Source: Octopus vulgaris (taxonomy: Eukaryota). Taken from it: a stretch of DNA of 64,000 bases. The stretch is taken from the NCBI GenBank assembly GCA_951406725.2, contig OX597820.1, forward strand, positions 36,828,001-36,892,000, read 5' to 3'. Position numbers and translations under genes: made by a program. This document shows, piece after piece, positions 40,100 through 53,547 of the stretch. The notes beneath the pieces were generated by a model, which was not told where the DNA came from, did not search any database, and saw nothing but the letters and a program-made list of their open reading frames with translations. The number at the start of each line of letters is the position of its first letter. Position 1 is the stretch's first letter.

Positions 40100-40550
40100 A
40101 TTACCTTTTTCAGAGAAAGTTTTGCCACAGACACCACTGTAATATAGCTGTTTACTTGCGTGAATGGATATGAGTCTGCACAGAAAAGGACTTCTGGAGA
40201 ATGTTATAGCACAAATACAATATGTTTTGTCTCCTTTATGAGTAAATTTGTGAAGAATTTATTTATCAATTTAGAAGATGTTCTCCTCCAGATATCAAAG
40301 TTATATCGACTCTCACCTGAATGAATACATTGGTGTGTAGTCAAATGACCTTGCTCAGAGAATGGTCTATTACAAGTATAACAGTGTTATACCAGTATGA
40401 CACTGGTGCTTAGTCAAATTATTGTTACAGAACATTTGCCACAGATAATGTATTGCTAAATTCTTTCATCTGAGCAATTGTTTAAATAAGGTATTAGATT
40501 GAATAAATGTTTATTTGATATGATTTCTTATGTGTATCTACCTACACATG
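40100..40550 (-). pseudogene. Decayed zinc-finger repeats upstream of the Z4 start codon
   Basis: In-frame upstream reading *ILHKFTHKGDKTYCICAITFSRSPFLCRLISIHASKQLYYSGVCGKTFSEKGN-M shows fingers that have lost zinc ligands. Confidence 0.8.
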
Positions 40551-40727
40551 TCTGATAATATATTTTCCACATCTCAATTACACTGTTTATAACCTTGATT
40601 TTAATTTTACAGCAATGTGGAGTTATGGAGAACAATTACTTGTGAACTTGATAATATCATTCTTCTGTTTCCATAAACTGAAAAATTTCTTGAATCAGCA
40701 ATTTGCATTTCAATGTCACCACAAACT

Positions 40728-43154
40728 CTGAAATAAAGAATATATGGTAGAAAGAACAATGAAAATTTAACATGGAAGTTATTGAATGCTAAAATAACAA
40801 AGAAAGATCAGAAAATACCTACAGAGGAAAGACAACAATATGGCTATGTAGTGAAAATGAATGATCCTATGTGTGGCTAGAAAAATTTAGGAAGAAGATA
40901 ATATTGGGATACACAGATACATAGCAAAAGATACAAGAATGTTTTTAGTCAGACTTGTAGGAACAGATATCTCAGGGACATCATTTGCATTGAAAACTAT
41001 TGTTTAGTTACTATTAATATTTTTAATACAATTAGTATTAAAAAGCTAGGAAATAATGACATGGACAGTAAAACAATAATAGTCAGTGAAAAATATAATT
41101 ATTTTTGAAAACTCTCATCTGTTTCCAAGAAAGATAATATTTACCCTTGACTAGCCATGTTTTCTTTGTAGAATACAAGCAAAGGACACTACTTGTATGA
41201 CAGTGACGCTCATTTACAATTATCATGCAAAGGTAAGACAAGGGGAGACTAACATATACACACACACATATATATATATATATGTAAATATGTGTGTATA
41301 TCCTTGAATATATATATATATATATATGAGTGCAGGACAAAAGCCCCACGGTTATATTTTGCTTTTTTCACCTTTTACTTGTTTTAGCCATTAGATTGTG
41401 GCCATGCAGAGGAATCACCTTTTTTATTTTTACTTGTTGCAGTCATTAGACTGTGGCCATGCTGGGGCACCACCTTGAAGAATTTTTAGTCGAATGTATT
41501 GACGCCAAAATTTTTAAAAATTTTATTTGTTGCTGTTATTAGACTGTGGCCATACTAGGGCACTGCCTTGAAGATATTTTAGTTGCAGAAAAATCAGCAT
41601 TTTAAAATTTAAATTTAAAGTCTTTTGTTTTCTTCTCTCAGCACTTATAGATTAATGAGAATGGGCTGACCTTTTGAACTTTCTCTGGCCATAGAAGGTC
41701 TAACAGAATTATGGCGCTGAAGGCTCGTCCATTTGAACATACTTCTTATCGCTTTTATATTTCTGCACATTTTTTGAAGTAAATGCTTTCTCTTTTGTTA
41801 TAATTCAGGCAATACGTACATTGAATAGTAAAGTCTTGTGTTCTGTTATTCTATTCTACTTATTTATTTTCGATTGAATATATTTTGTTTACTTACTGGA
41901 ATTTTGGAAAATAAAAGTTTTTTAATAATTTTAATAGTCAGAACAGTTGTTAAAGGAGATCTCCTTTGTGTTTCAAGCACATTCAGAGACCTGGCTTTTC
42001 TATGGAGATCAAACTTTGTTTTCAAAGGTAGGAGTTCAACAAGATGATCCTCTAAGTTCCTTCCTGCCTTCTCTCATCTTTATGGATACCATTAAGAAAT
42101 GTGTGCTCTAAATTTATGGTGTTTGGATGACAACACACTTCAGTAAAATAAGTACAGTTTTGCCAGGTTTCTCCCACAGACACACACAAAACTTGGGTAA
42201 AAATTAAAATTGTCAAAGTGTGAATTAATTTTCATGAATTCAGATTCTAGTCAGAGATAGCCAATTTTGAAAGGTTTCAAGCTGCAACCCATGGTATCAA
42301 GCTCACTTACATATAAAAGTTAATCCTTTTAAGAAGTCCATTCTACTGGAAGCAAAACTTTAAAAGGTATGGTAGAAAAAGATCCCAGGCAAGATAAACA
42401 CAAACAGTACCCTGTTGATTGTACCCAGCATTTTTATAATTAGGCAGGTGAATGCTAAAGGCAGATATGAAAAAAACAGGAACCGGCAAGATTTTATGTA
42501 TATCTCATATTCATAGGTTTTATTAAAGAACTCGTTAAATATAAACACATTCAGCATAAAAATGAGATATTAGTTGAAATATGCTAACAGTAAAAAATAC
42601 ATTTTCATTCAGTTATTTTTTACTGACATATTTACTTAATACGTCTGGCATAAACTAGAGGCGAGATGTTGCAAACAATAGAAAACAAAAAATGTTTGAG
42701 ATTACTTTTACAATAATTTATTAATAATATCTATGATGTATTATCTTTCTACTATATTTTGATGTTTTGGAATTTCGTTCAAATGAATATCGATAAGCAT
42801 GCTGAACATACAATCCCTCGACTCTCGTGGGTGTTACGTTCCAAAACCTGTATTTACATACATGTACTGAGTGGATACACTGACCGGGTGTCCAAAATAA
42901 GAGATATAACCGTGGAACGTATTGCTTTGTTATAATTCATAACAAATTATTCAAGATTATTATGAATGGTAAACGTCACTGATGTTTATGTTACGAAGAA
43001 ATCTATTTGAATTTCATTTACATTTAAATAGAAATATCTGAATGTAAATAACATCTCACTATTAATACGCCATTCAGTGGGTTGTTACAACAGAGATGAT
43101 CGCACTAGAAATACTGAAACATAGTAACAATGAGCTAACAACAGATCAACTTAC
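40728..43154 (-). other. Predicted 5'-UTR intron of Z4
   Basis: GTAAGT donor (43149-43154) and TTTCAG acceptor (AG at 40728-40729). Confidence 0.7.
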
Positions 43155-43542
43155 TGTATTTTGTCCTTTCTTTTCTTTTTTACTATTTGATGTAATATTA
43201 ATGCGTGGGGGGCGGAGCAGTGGATATTAAAAGACAGAAATTATCTAACATGCTCAATTAAGTAAACTAAAATGACAACACAAAACAAGCTGACAGATTT
43301 TGGTACAGACCTAATTAATGTATTAAATCTTCAACATTATTTTCGTAATATTATTTTCAAGTGGTAACGAATTTAGTGCAGTGCAGTGATCATTAAAAAC
43401 GCTAACTAGAAACAACGATTCACTCAAATAAATAAAATTCTTTTCTTCTCTAGGCACAAGGCCCGAAATTTTGGGGGATTGCGGGAGAGCAGTTGGTTAG
43501 ATCGATCACAATATGTAACGGTAAATTTTGACCCTTTCATTC

Positions 43543-44169
43543 GCACGATTTTCACTAAGAAAAAAAAAAAAAAACTCGGATTTTTTGCGTGGAATCAAGT
43601 ACCCTGACCTCCTAATATGCAGCAAATCCCTTATTTTTGTTCGAAAAAAAAGGGGTGGGTGGGAAACGCCTCCCCCTATCCCGGAGTCATTGGAAATTTT
43701 TTTGGTTAATGTTTACTTCTTGACCCGGAAATGAAAATCGAAAAGAAAAACATACTGGAATGAGTGTAAAACAATGTGTAGGAAACGAATATGAAAAAAA
43801 TGCGCGCAAATCAACGGGAGGGTGGGGAGAGGACTTCGGAAAATTCACAATGGGTTTTTTTTCAATGAAATTTTATATAAATACCTTTGAAACGGCATAT
43901 ATTATGACTATAAAGTAATTTATGGGAAAAATCTTCAGGTGGGGAGAGGACTTTCGGAAAATTCCCAAGATCTGAATTTTTCCTCGTTATATTCCGAAAT
44001 CACATTTAACTTTCTACAGATACCCTAACGTAGTACTACTACACTACGTAGTGTTTGTTTCTCCCACTTTCAATAAATTTTAATGTTTTGGCTTCAATTT
44101 TGTTTCATTTTCAATCATCTTTACGCTTTTTTTAACCCTTCGTCGTTATTCTCATTCATTCGTTATTAC

Positions 44170-44232
<63 letters not shown>

Positions 44233-45150
44233 CATACATATATATATATATACATATACACATATATATATACACACATACATGCACATATATACGCACA
44301 CACATATATATATGTGTGTGTGTGTGAATTTTCTGAAGTCCTCTCCCCACAAATTACTTTATAATCGTAATGTATGCCGTTTAAAAGGTATTTCTATAAA
44401 ATTTCATTGAAAAAACAAACATTTTCCTAAAAGTTATCAGGGGGAAAACTCGGATTTTGTGAATTTTCCGAACTCTTCTCCCCACACCTTGGAAAAGATT
44501 TTCTCCAGAAAGTTCATTACAATCGCAATGTATGCCGTTTGAATGGTATTTCTATAAAATTTCATTGAAAAAAATCCCATTTTCCTAAAAGTTATGAGGG
44601 AAAAATTCGGATCTTGTGAATTTTCCAAAGTTCTCTCCCCACCCTCCCGTTGCTTTGCACGCATTCTTTTTTCTTTTCACATATTCGTTTCCTCCACATT
44701 GTTTTACACACATTCCAGTATTTTTTTTTATTATTTTCATTTCCGGGTCAAGATGTAAACATTAACCATTTTTTTTTCCAAGTTGAATGAATTCTGGTGA
44801 CCTCTTAATATGCTACAAAACCCTTTTTCGGATCCGGAAAACGGAGTGGGGTGAGGTAGAAGCCTCAGGAATGACACCTGCACGATTTTCACTAAGAAAA
44901 AACAAACAAAAAGAACTCGGATTTTTTTAATGAAATCAAGTACCCTGACCTCCTAATATGCTGCAAACCCCTTACTTTTGTTTAGAAACGAAAGTGGGGG
45001 AACAGAGACCCGAACCACCCCACCCCCATCCATATCCTGGAATCATTGGAAATTTTGTTTTCGTTAAATGAATTCCCATGATCTCCTAAAATGCTATAAA
45101 ACCCAGAAAATGGGGTAAAACCCTCGGAAATTTCACCCCCACCCCCATTT
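43543..45150. mobile_element. Foldback-type element(s): inverted arms 43703-43985 / 44325-44768 around a compound microsatellite, with direct repeats at 43543 and 44880
   Basis: tggttaatgtttacttcttgacccggaaatgaaaat is mirrored by attttcatttccgggtcaagatgtaaacattaacca; gcacgattttcactaagaaaa...atcaagtaccctgacctcctaatatgc occurs twice directly. Confidence 0.75.
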
Positions 45151-45284
45151 TCAAATATTTTTTGCTATTTCTTTCTTCACCCATAATTTTAAATAACATT
45201 TTGCAGAAATACATTTTCGAGAGAGTGTGGATTATGTTAGATTGAAAATTCAAAGAAGTTTGAAATGAATAAGTGAAAATGCAG

Positions 45285-45936
45285 AGGTTATAGAAGTTAG
45301 TGGTAAGGAAGTGTGTGGAGAGATAATGAATGATAAATTCATCTAAAAAAAAACACGTCAGAGTTTTTTAATGTATGCGTGAAACAAAGTAAAAATATAT
45401 TAAAACAAAATATCTTTTTCCTATCTCTTAAAATTACTGGATATAAAATATATAATAATCCCAGATTCCAGAATAGATTTGAAAAACTAAAGCATTTTCT
45501 CTTTGCAATTTTTGGCACCGAGATGAGTTTTATTTTTGTGTGGGGAGAGAGAGAGGGAAAGAGAGAGTGAGTGAGAGAAAGAGAGAGTGAGTGACGTAGT
45601 TTACCTAAAATTTGAATGGAGTAACAATATATCATAATTATATATATCATTATATATCATCATCGTTTAACCTCTCTCTCTCTCTACCCACACAAAAATG
45701 AAACTCATATTGGTGCCAAAAATTGCAAAGAGTAAATGCTTTAGTTTTTCAAATCTATTCTGCAATCTGGGATTATTATATTATATCCAATGATTTTAAG
45801 AGGTAGAAAAAAGATATTTTAATATATTTTTACTTAATTTCACACATACATGTAAAAACTCTAACGTGCTTTTTGTAGATGAATTTATCGTCCATTATCT
45901 CTCCACACACTTCATTACCACTAACTTTTATAACCT
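45285..45936. mobile_element. ~650-bp palindromic MITE with ~270-bp arms
   Basis: aggttatagaagttagtggtaa...gagagagg (45285-45558) is the reverse complement of cctctctc...ttaccactaacttttataacct (45670-45936) with few mismatches. Confidence 0.85.
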
Positions 45937-47005
45937 ACATATCTTTATCATTTTTAGAGCTGGAGCCCATATGAATGGAAGGTGAGATGTGTGTGGAAGG
46001 AAAAAAATGTATAAAGAATAACAATTTTTTTTTTTTGATGAGACTATATATTGGTTACCAAAGAACACCACCTGAATATAACAGTTGGTGTTAGGAAGGC
46101 CATCCAGCCATAGAAACCATGTCAAATCAGATTAGAGTCTGGTGCAGCTCCCCAACTTTCCAGCTCTGGTCAAACCATCCAACCCATACCAGCATGGACA
46201 ATGGATGTTAAATAATGATGATGAGGGAAACATAATATATGACAACTATCATCATCTTCACGGTAGTCAGCCTCCCCTTTTACATCCTCGTCCTCCACTT
46301 CATTATCATCACCATTTTTACAGCTTCTTTTTTCCATACAAGTAAGGGTTGGATGAGAGTTATTTAGACAATATTCTACAAAACTCTTTTTTGGGTCCAG
46401 AAAATGGGGTGTGGTGGGATAGGATAAAACCCTCAGAAATTTCACCCCCATCCCCATCTTGCTCACTTTTGCTGTGGCCACCACCAGAATCTGCATGTCA
46501 GCATGTAGGTAAACAGACTAGTCAATAGAATGTTCAAGTTGTCAGTGGTAAAAAATGCTCAGACTATCACATATGTGATTCATCAAAGCATGTTTGATTG
46601 TGCAACAACTTAGCATTACCACTAAATCATACTCCCCAACTAGCAGGAATTTAGCCTTTTTTTTTTTTGTCACCATATTTCTCATAAAATGCTGTCTTTG
46701 TTTAATTTAATTTCAAAAAGTTAAAATATCTTTCTCACAATTTAGCTGATGCTGGGACCAAAAATTGACGTGAAATTTCCTTATCTGCACGTGTATGTTT
46801 GTGTTTCCTTGTTTTTACATCACATAATGATTGTAAACAAGCATTAATTATTTATTGCCAATCTGCCATGAAACGATGACTGACAATGGAAAAATATCAT
46901 CTTGCTTGGAAACAGACGAGGGTTGGTGATATTGTTTTCATTTTCTATAACTGTATAAACTGCTTTCTCAACAATGCGGTAAAATTTTTTTTTTTCTCCA
47001 GAATA

Positions 47006-47420
47006 GATGTAGGAGCAGCTGTGTGGTAAGTAGCTTGATTATGAACCACATGGTTCCGGGTTCAGTCCCACTGCGTGGCACCTTGGGCAAGTGTCTTCTA
47101 CTATAGCCTCGGGCCGACCAAAGCCTTGTGAGTGGATTTGGTAGATGGAAACTGAAAGAAGCCCGTCATATATATGTATATATATATATGTATGTGTAAT
47201 ATACATGTATGTGTATATGTTTGTGTGTCTGTGTTTGTCCCCCAACATCGCTTGACAACCGATGCTGGTGTGTTTATGTCTCATTAACTTAGCGGTTCGG
47301 CAAAATAGACCGATAGAATAAGTACTAGGCTTACAAAGAATAAGTCCTGGGGTCGATTTGCTCGACTAAAAAGGTGGTGCTCCAGCATGGCCACAGTCAA
47401 ATGACTGAAACAAGTAAGAG
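47006..47420 (+). mobile_element. Near full-length tRNA-derived SINE; partial copies at 32850-33010, 33870-34075 and 61370-61510 (-)
   Basis: Collinear with 30706-31097 over its whole length. Confidence 0.85.
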
Positions 47421-50322
47421 TAATTAATGTAGGACTTTGAAAACACGTCACAGATCACCTATCTTCTGATAATGTTGCAGCAATAGTTTCATCAGTAGCA
47501 CCTGTCTCTATAATAAAAGGTAAAGTGTGGTCATTTACAGCAACCACAGCCTGTTTGATATAATTTATAATAGAGTTGATGCAATTTACAGTATTTTCAG
47601 ACAGAAGGAAATTTGTACAATAATCAGTTTGTCTTTATCTTTTAGTCATGAGGGTTGGCAATACCCATGATTCTTTACAAGGACTCTAAAACAGGTAGGG
47701 GAAGGGAGATATCATTGAACTGGAGACCAAAAACAAGTCCTTGCAACTGAGTGAACTCTGCAAAAGACACCAATGATGCCAAGTGGTAGTGTTATAAGGG
47801 ATTAAGGCTATCGCCCAAGCAGGAGTTGAACTCAGAATGGAGAGAGCCAGAAATTCTGCAAGACATCCAATCCAACATTTTGTTTCACCATCCATAGTCT
47901 TGTGATGAGATTTTATTTTTGAACAATCTGACCCCAAAAATGTTTGAATATATTCAAGACTAAAAGGTATCTCATACAAATGAAGATTATTTCTTCAACC
48001 TTTATAGTTTAAATACACAATCATGACCCAATACAAACTCTATTGAAATTCGTGTATACTTCTACCCAGGTTTTGATTTATGGAGGCACGAGTCTGGCAT
48101 GTTTCATGCGGTACTTTAACACAAGTTCTACCTGTTTTAAAAGTTATACTTATCTATGGTTTATATCTATTATTCTTGTTTGTGTGAGTTTGCAGTAGGA
48201 TTTTATGACTGGATGCTCTTCCTATTACCAACCTTTACTGTCTTTTCAAGTAAGGAAATCTTATTTTATTCCAGAAGTATTCAAAAGTACAGAGCAACCT
48301 GCTATAACATCAATTGGTTATGTCAACATCAGTTTCACTCAAGCAGCAACAAGCATGGAATATCAACATTCACACACACATGATAGGCTTCTGTCAATTA
48401 AATTCACACACAAGGCATTGACTGGCTTGACACTTTCTCATAATACCAGAATGCCTGTGCATATAAAAAAAATGTGTATAATGTCTCGAAAATTACAGGT
48501 TAAACAGAAGAACACAAACTTCAGTTTGTTTTGATTAAGTCAGGTCTGATAATGATTAGGACATACTTGAATCCTCTATTTCCATAGCTTAAACTTTTTA
48601 CACATTAAAAAGAATTTGAAGGTTTGTGAAATTTGTGTGATTTCACTACTCTGCCCATTACATGATAACATTTAAATTAATTAAATTGTTCTGATAAAAT
48701 AGATTTCAAAGATAACTCCTAAGTAAAGGAAATATGTTTCCAGTAGCTCCTCTCGTAAATATTTCTTTGAAAAAAAAAATAACACAATATTATTAATATC
48801 AAACTGCTGTTACATGAAAAGCTATGAGGTCCCAAAATTGGTTTCAAATTTTTGGCACAAGACCAGCAATTTTGGGGGAGGGAGTAAGTTAATTATATTG
48901 ACCCCAGTACTCAACTGGTACTTATTTTATCAAAAAGATGAAAGCAAGATCAACCTTTGCAGAATTTGAACTCAGAAAGTAAAGATGGAGGAAATGCCAC
49001 TAAGCATTTTGCCCAGCACAGTAATAATATTAAGGTTATTCTATTAAGGTAACTAGGTACTGAAGTTATTCTAAATAAATCAGTGAAGGCTTCTGTCAAT
49101 TAAATTCACATATTTATCATTATTTAATGTTCATTTTCCATGCTGGCATAGATTGGGCAGTTTGACAGAATCTGATGAATTGCATCAAACCTCCACTGTC
49201 AGCTTTAGCATGAATTCTATGGCTGAATGCCCTTTCTAATGCTAATAACCTGAAGAGTGTATTGGATGCTTTTTTCATGCCACCAGCACTAGTGAGGTCA
49301 CCAAATAACTTGCAAGACAAAAAATGAAGAGGAAGAAGGAAAAATCCTCCTTGATTAAAATAAGGTAGTATTTGAGAGGGAAAAAAGGAGTGGTGGTTTT
49401 ATGCCAAATGTTAAAGCTAAAGTGTGATGGAAGGATAAGCCCAGGTGTCTTGCTATATAGGAGATATAAGGCTACCTTTCATTATATAAGGGTGAGATTA
49501 ATAAAAAGAAGATAGAGGTGGTAGTGGTGGGATGCTTGAGTATCTTAAGATACAAGAGAGGATACAGACAGTGGATCAAGGGCAGGGAGTTTCATAAGAG
49601 TGTGATGGGAGAGTAATAGGTATAAAGTTTAATTGTAAATTATAACAACTCATTTCTAACACTAACTTTCTAGTAGATAAATGTAAATCTACATCCACTT
49701 CTATTACTTGTAGAATGTTCTGGTAAAAGGTTAAAGTAAATCTGCAGTTTATATTTGTCTGAAAGGAAAGGAAGAAATATATTACAGTATGAAAGCATTA
49801 GAAATCAGTGAGATTTCTGCGTTTGAATAATCTTACTGTGTGTAAATAATTTTATTGAACCCTTTCTCAATCATGTAGGTCAGCTGGCTGACTTACATAA
49901 TGACAAAATAGATTGTTTCATAATGTTAGAAATAGGAAATATTACAACAATGTGATATATAATTTTTGTTGAAATGTATAAATTATTTTCAAATATTTTG
50001 ACACTTTTGATACAAATCCATCTGAGACTGCCTCTGGTTCTATGACGAACACTTCTTTGTTTAAAGTGATCTAAATTAAAATCTCCACTAAAATTTCATA
50101 TTAATTTATGCTCCACAAATGAGCTTAATAATAAGTTATTTTACAAAATTCTTTATATGTTTCAAAATAAATTGAAACAAAGGCAGTGTATTATAACAGA
50201 AGAGTTAAATAAAAACATTATATAAACACAACTTTCATCCATTTTCCATTCAACAAAATTTCATTGTATTGACTTATGAAAATACCCAGGTGGCTTCATG
50301 AAGCAAATTCTCCCAAGCCATT

Positions 50323-51609
50323 CTATTGTTCTATGGGCAGGCTTTCATGTGATTTTTGTTTATGTTTAGTTAAACTTCTACTTTCAGAATAAGTTTTACC
50401 ACAGATATCACAATGATATGGTTTGACACCTGTATGAACAGGTTTGTGACGATTTAAATTCTGATTATCAGCATATGATTTACCGCAAATATCACAAGTG
50501 TATGGTCTCACACCTGTATGAACACGTACATGAAGTGTTAAATGACCTTTTTGAGAAAATGTTTTACCACAAATATCACAGTGAAATGGATTCTCGCCTG
50601 TGTGAATACGTACATGTTGGGTTAAATGACCGTTTTGAGAGAATGTTTTCCCACAGATATCACAATGATATGGCTTTTCACCAGTATGCATGCGTATGTG
50701 TATAGTTAAGCTATTACTCTCAGAGAATCTTTTCCCACAGATATCACAGTGGTATGGATTGTCACCAGTATGCATGCGTATGTGTCTAGTTAAAGCACTA
50801 TTACCAGATAATGTTTTCCCACAGACATAACAACAGAATGGCTTCTCTCCTGTGTGAACTTGTTTGTGACTAGTCAAATTATTACATACAGAGAATGTTT
50901 TTCCACAGATATCACAATGGTATGGTTTCTCACCAGTATGAGTACGCTTGTGTTTAACCATGCTTCCTCTTTGCGAGAATGTTTTCCCACAGACATCACA
51001 GTGATATGGTTTTTCGCTTGAATGAATGTACTTGTGTCTATTTAAATCAGAACTTCGGGAAAATGTTTTAGAACAAATACCACACTGATATGGTTTCTCT
51101 CCTGTGTGAATACGTTTGTGAACAGTTAATTCACCATTTTGTGAAAATGTTTTTCCACAAATATCACAGTGATATGGTTTCTCACCTGAGTGAATATATT
51201 TGTGTTTAGTCAAATGAGCTTGCTGAGAGAATGCTCTCCCACAAATATCACAGTGATATGGTTTTTCACCAGTATGAATACGTTTATGCTTGGTCAAATT
51301 ACCACTGTCAGAGAAAGTTTTACCACAAATTATGCATTGGTAAATTTTCTTTTCTTGCCGAACATTCTTATGCAAAGACAAAGAGTTGTTTTTAGTAATT
51401 GTTTTACTATAAATTTTTAAATATTTAAGTTTTGAGCTTGTATGAAGTAATTTTTGCTTAAATAAAGCATTAGATTGTGTGAATGTCTTTTTAATGATGT
51501 TTGAATGATATGGTTCCTTTTGTTTATTTATACATGTCTGTTTAGGTAGGTCACTAGATTCAGGATGTGTTTGCTCACAAACTTGACTCTCACACAGTTT
51601 ATTCTCCAT
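50323..51609 (-). CDS. C2H2 zinc-finger protein Z5, 12 fingers with ~90-aa leader
   Basis: 428-aa ORF; most complete paralog; leader homologous to that of Z3. Confidence 0.93.
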   Translation of the reverse strand: MENKLCESQVCEQTHPESSDLPKQTCINKQKEPYHSNIIKKTFTQSNALFKQKLLHTSSKLKYLKIYSKTITKNNSLSLHKNVRQEKKIYQCIICGKTFSDSGNLTKHKRIHTGEKPYHCDICGRAFSQQAHLTKHKYIHSGEKPYHCDICGKTFSQNGELTVHKRIHTGEKPYQCGICSKTFSRSSDLNRHKYIHSSEKPYHCDVCGKTFSQRGSMVKHKRTHTGEKPYHCDICGKTFSVCNNLTSHKQVHTGEKPFCCYVCGKTLSGNSALTRHIRMHTGDNPYHCDICGKRFSESNSLTIHIRMHTGEKPYHCDICGKTFSQNGHLTQHVRIHTGENPFHCDICGKTFSQKGHLTLHVRVHTGVRPYTCDICGKSYADNQNLNRHKPVHTGVKPYHCDICGKTYSESRSLTKHKQKSHESLPIEQ

Positions 51610-52069
51610 AATTCTTCTATAAATATTGTAAAATATTATGTTATTTTCAAATACTTAATGCAGAATAATAAACTTTTAAAACTTCTCAGCAAATACTGTC
51701 TTATAATGTATTTTTTCATAGAGAGAAAAGTGATATTTGACGAAGTCTGAAAATGTTTCAGACATAAAGGAACAGTTTCAAGATATTTTATTACAAGTTT
51801 TCTTCCAAGATTTCAATCTTGGAACTAAAATTCAGCAAGTAAACTGACTTCAGTTCTCAAGATATACTGAGATATGCTTGACATTACACATAAATCAACT
51901 GAATCTTCATTCTCTATTACTGTTTATAACCTAATTTAAATTCCACAGCAACTCCAATAAAGCTGTTAAGAACATAATATCGATAAGGTCAGTCTTCCGT
52001 TGTCAAAATGTGACATATTTCTTGATATATCTTGAGTTAGCAATTATCATCTCAGTGTCATCACAAATC

Positions 52070-53195
52070 CTGAAATAAAGAATATAAGGTAGAAAAGTCA
52101 ATGAGAAAGTCAACATCAATGTTATCAGTGATAGGACTTGACTAGAAACACATTGAGTACCAAAGAAATCTATATATATATATAAACATATCTATATAGG
52201 AAAAACAAAATAATATGGATAATATGATGTAAGGATGGGAACTAGAAAGGAGATTATAATGGAATATACAGCTACAGAAAGAGAACAGGAATCATTTTAG
52301 TGGGACTTCAGGGATGATTCTTACAAGGAAAACAATAGAACATGTAATAACGTCAAATTAACTTTAAAAAAAGTTACAACACTGCGTAAACATTTTTCTT
52401 ACTCTTTACATACAATGATGTTTACATTGATGAGTCAAGACGTAGATGTCTCTGAGCAACCACCAACAGCTACTGCAATTTAGGTAAGATAATGGTCTTT
52501 GATGCTGTGGAGGGACGGCCAGGGAAATATTGAATGAAGACTAAAGACAAAACATATTGGAACACTTTATCGAGAGTGCTAAATGACGTAAACTGATAGT
52601 TACATTTTTTTTTCTTTTTCAATAAAAAAAAAACTGAATATGATTAAACAGGCTGAATGCAAGATAGATTTTTATATTTATACATACACACTCTTAAAGA
52701 CTCTGTAGGGGGAAAAAATGGATGTCCCAAATATAATTTCACTACAAAATGAATTGTTTGAAATGAGACTCAGCTGACAAAAGAAAGAAAAGAATTATGG
52801 AAAGCATTGTAGCAATATGTCACCATTAATAATAGATAATTTAATGTCACCATAATTAGTAGCTGTAAATATTGTTTAAACTGAACATCGCTGACCCTTA
52901 ATTTTAAAAAAGTAATACATATTGTGAGTTGTTACAGCAGAGACATTTTTACTGGTAACACTGGGGAGTCTCAACGTAGTCACCCGCTCTGCTAGAAATA
53001 ACAGCCACCTTCACTCGAATCACAACTACTGTCTTAAAGGAAATGACACATTAGACAATGTAATCCGAAATAAACATAAAAAAAGACGGGATGGTCAGAG
53101 TTGGAATGCCTTACATCATAGGTTTGTTCAGTCGGGGCTAATTTGGGATGAAAACAACAATAACATCGTTAGCAACCAACAACAAATCAACTTAC
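52070..53195 (-). other. Predicted 5'-UTR intron of Z5
   Basis: GTAAGT donor (53190-53195) and TTTCAG acceptor (AG at 52070-52071). Confidence 0.7.
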
Positions 53196-53336
53196 TTTGT
53201 TTTTATTTTTTTCACTCATGTAAACAATATTAGGTGAACGGAGCTGTGGATATTAATAAACACAACATACTTTTCACATGTTCGTTCAATGAACTTTTTT
53301 GATAACAAGCGAACAGATTTAATACACGCAAATCAA

Positions 53337-53547
53337 CAGCTGTACTTTCGTAAAATGACTTGAATTATATTGTTCAGTATATAGGTGATGGAATGGTAGA
53401 ATCGTTAGAACGCCAGAGAAAATATCTTGAGGTATTTTTAAGGGGTTCTTTACGTCCTGAAATCAAATCTAGCCGTGATCAACTAAGTCTTTCGTCTTTA
53501 TGTACTCTTAATGAATGTAACAAACCACCAGCCGTACTTTCGTAAAA
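53337..53547 (-). promoter_or_regulatory. Two copies of the cluster-wide upstream motif CAGCYGTACTTTCGTAAAA (other copies at 475, 684, 20296, 32679, 43332)
   Basis: Recurs 140-200 bp upstream of the exon-1 donor in every unit except Z1. Confidence 0.55.

Noticed and set aside
44083-44364. ORFs rich in YI/HT/CV repeats (also 33515-33769 and the start of 12242-12769)
   Set aside because: Translations of microsatellites.
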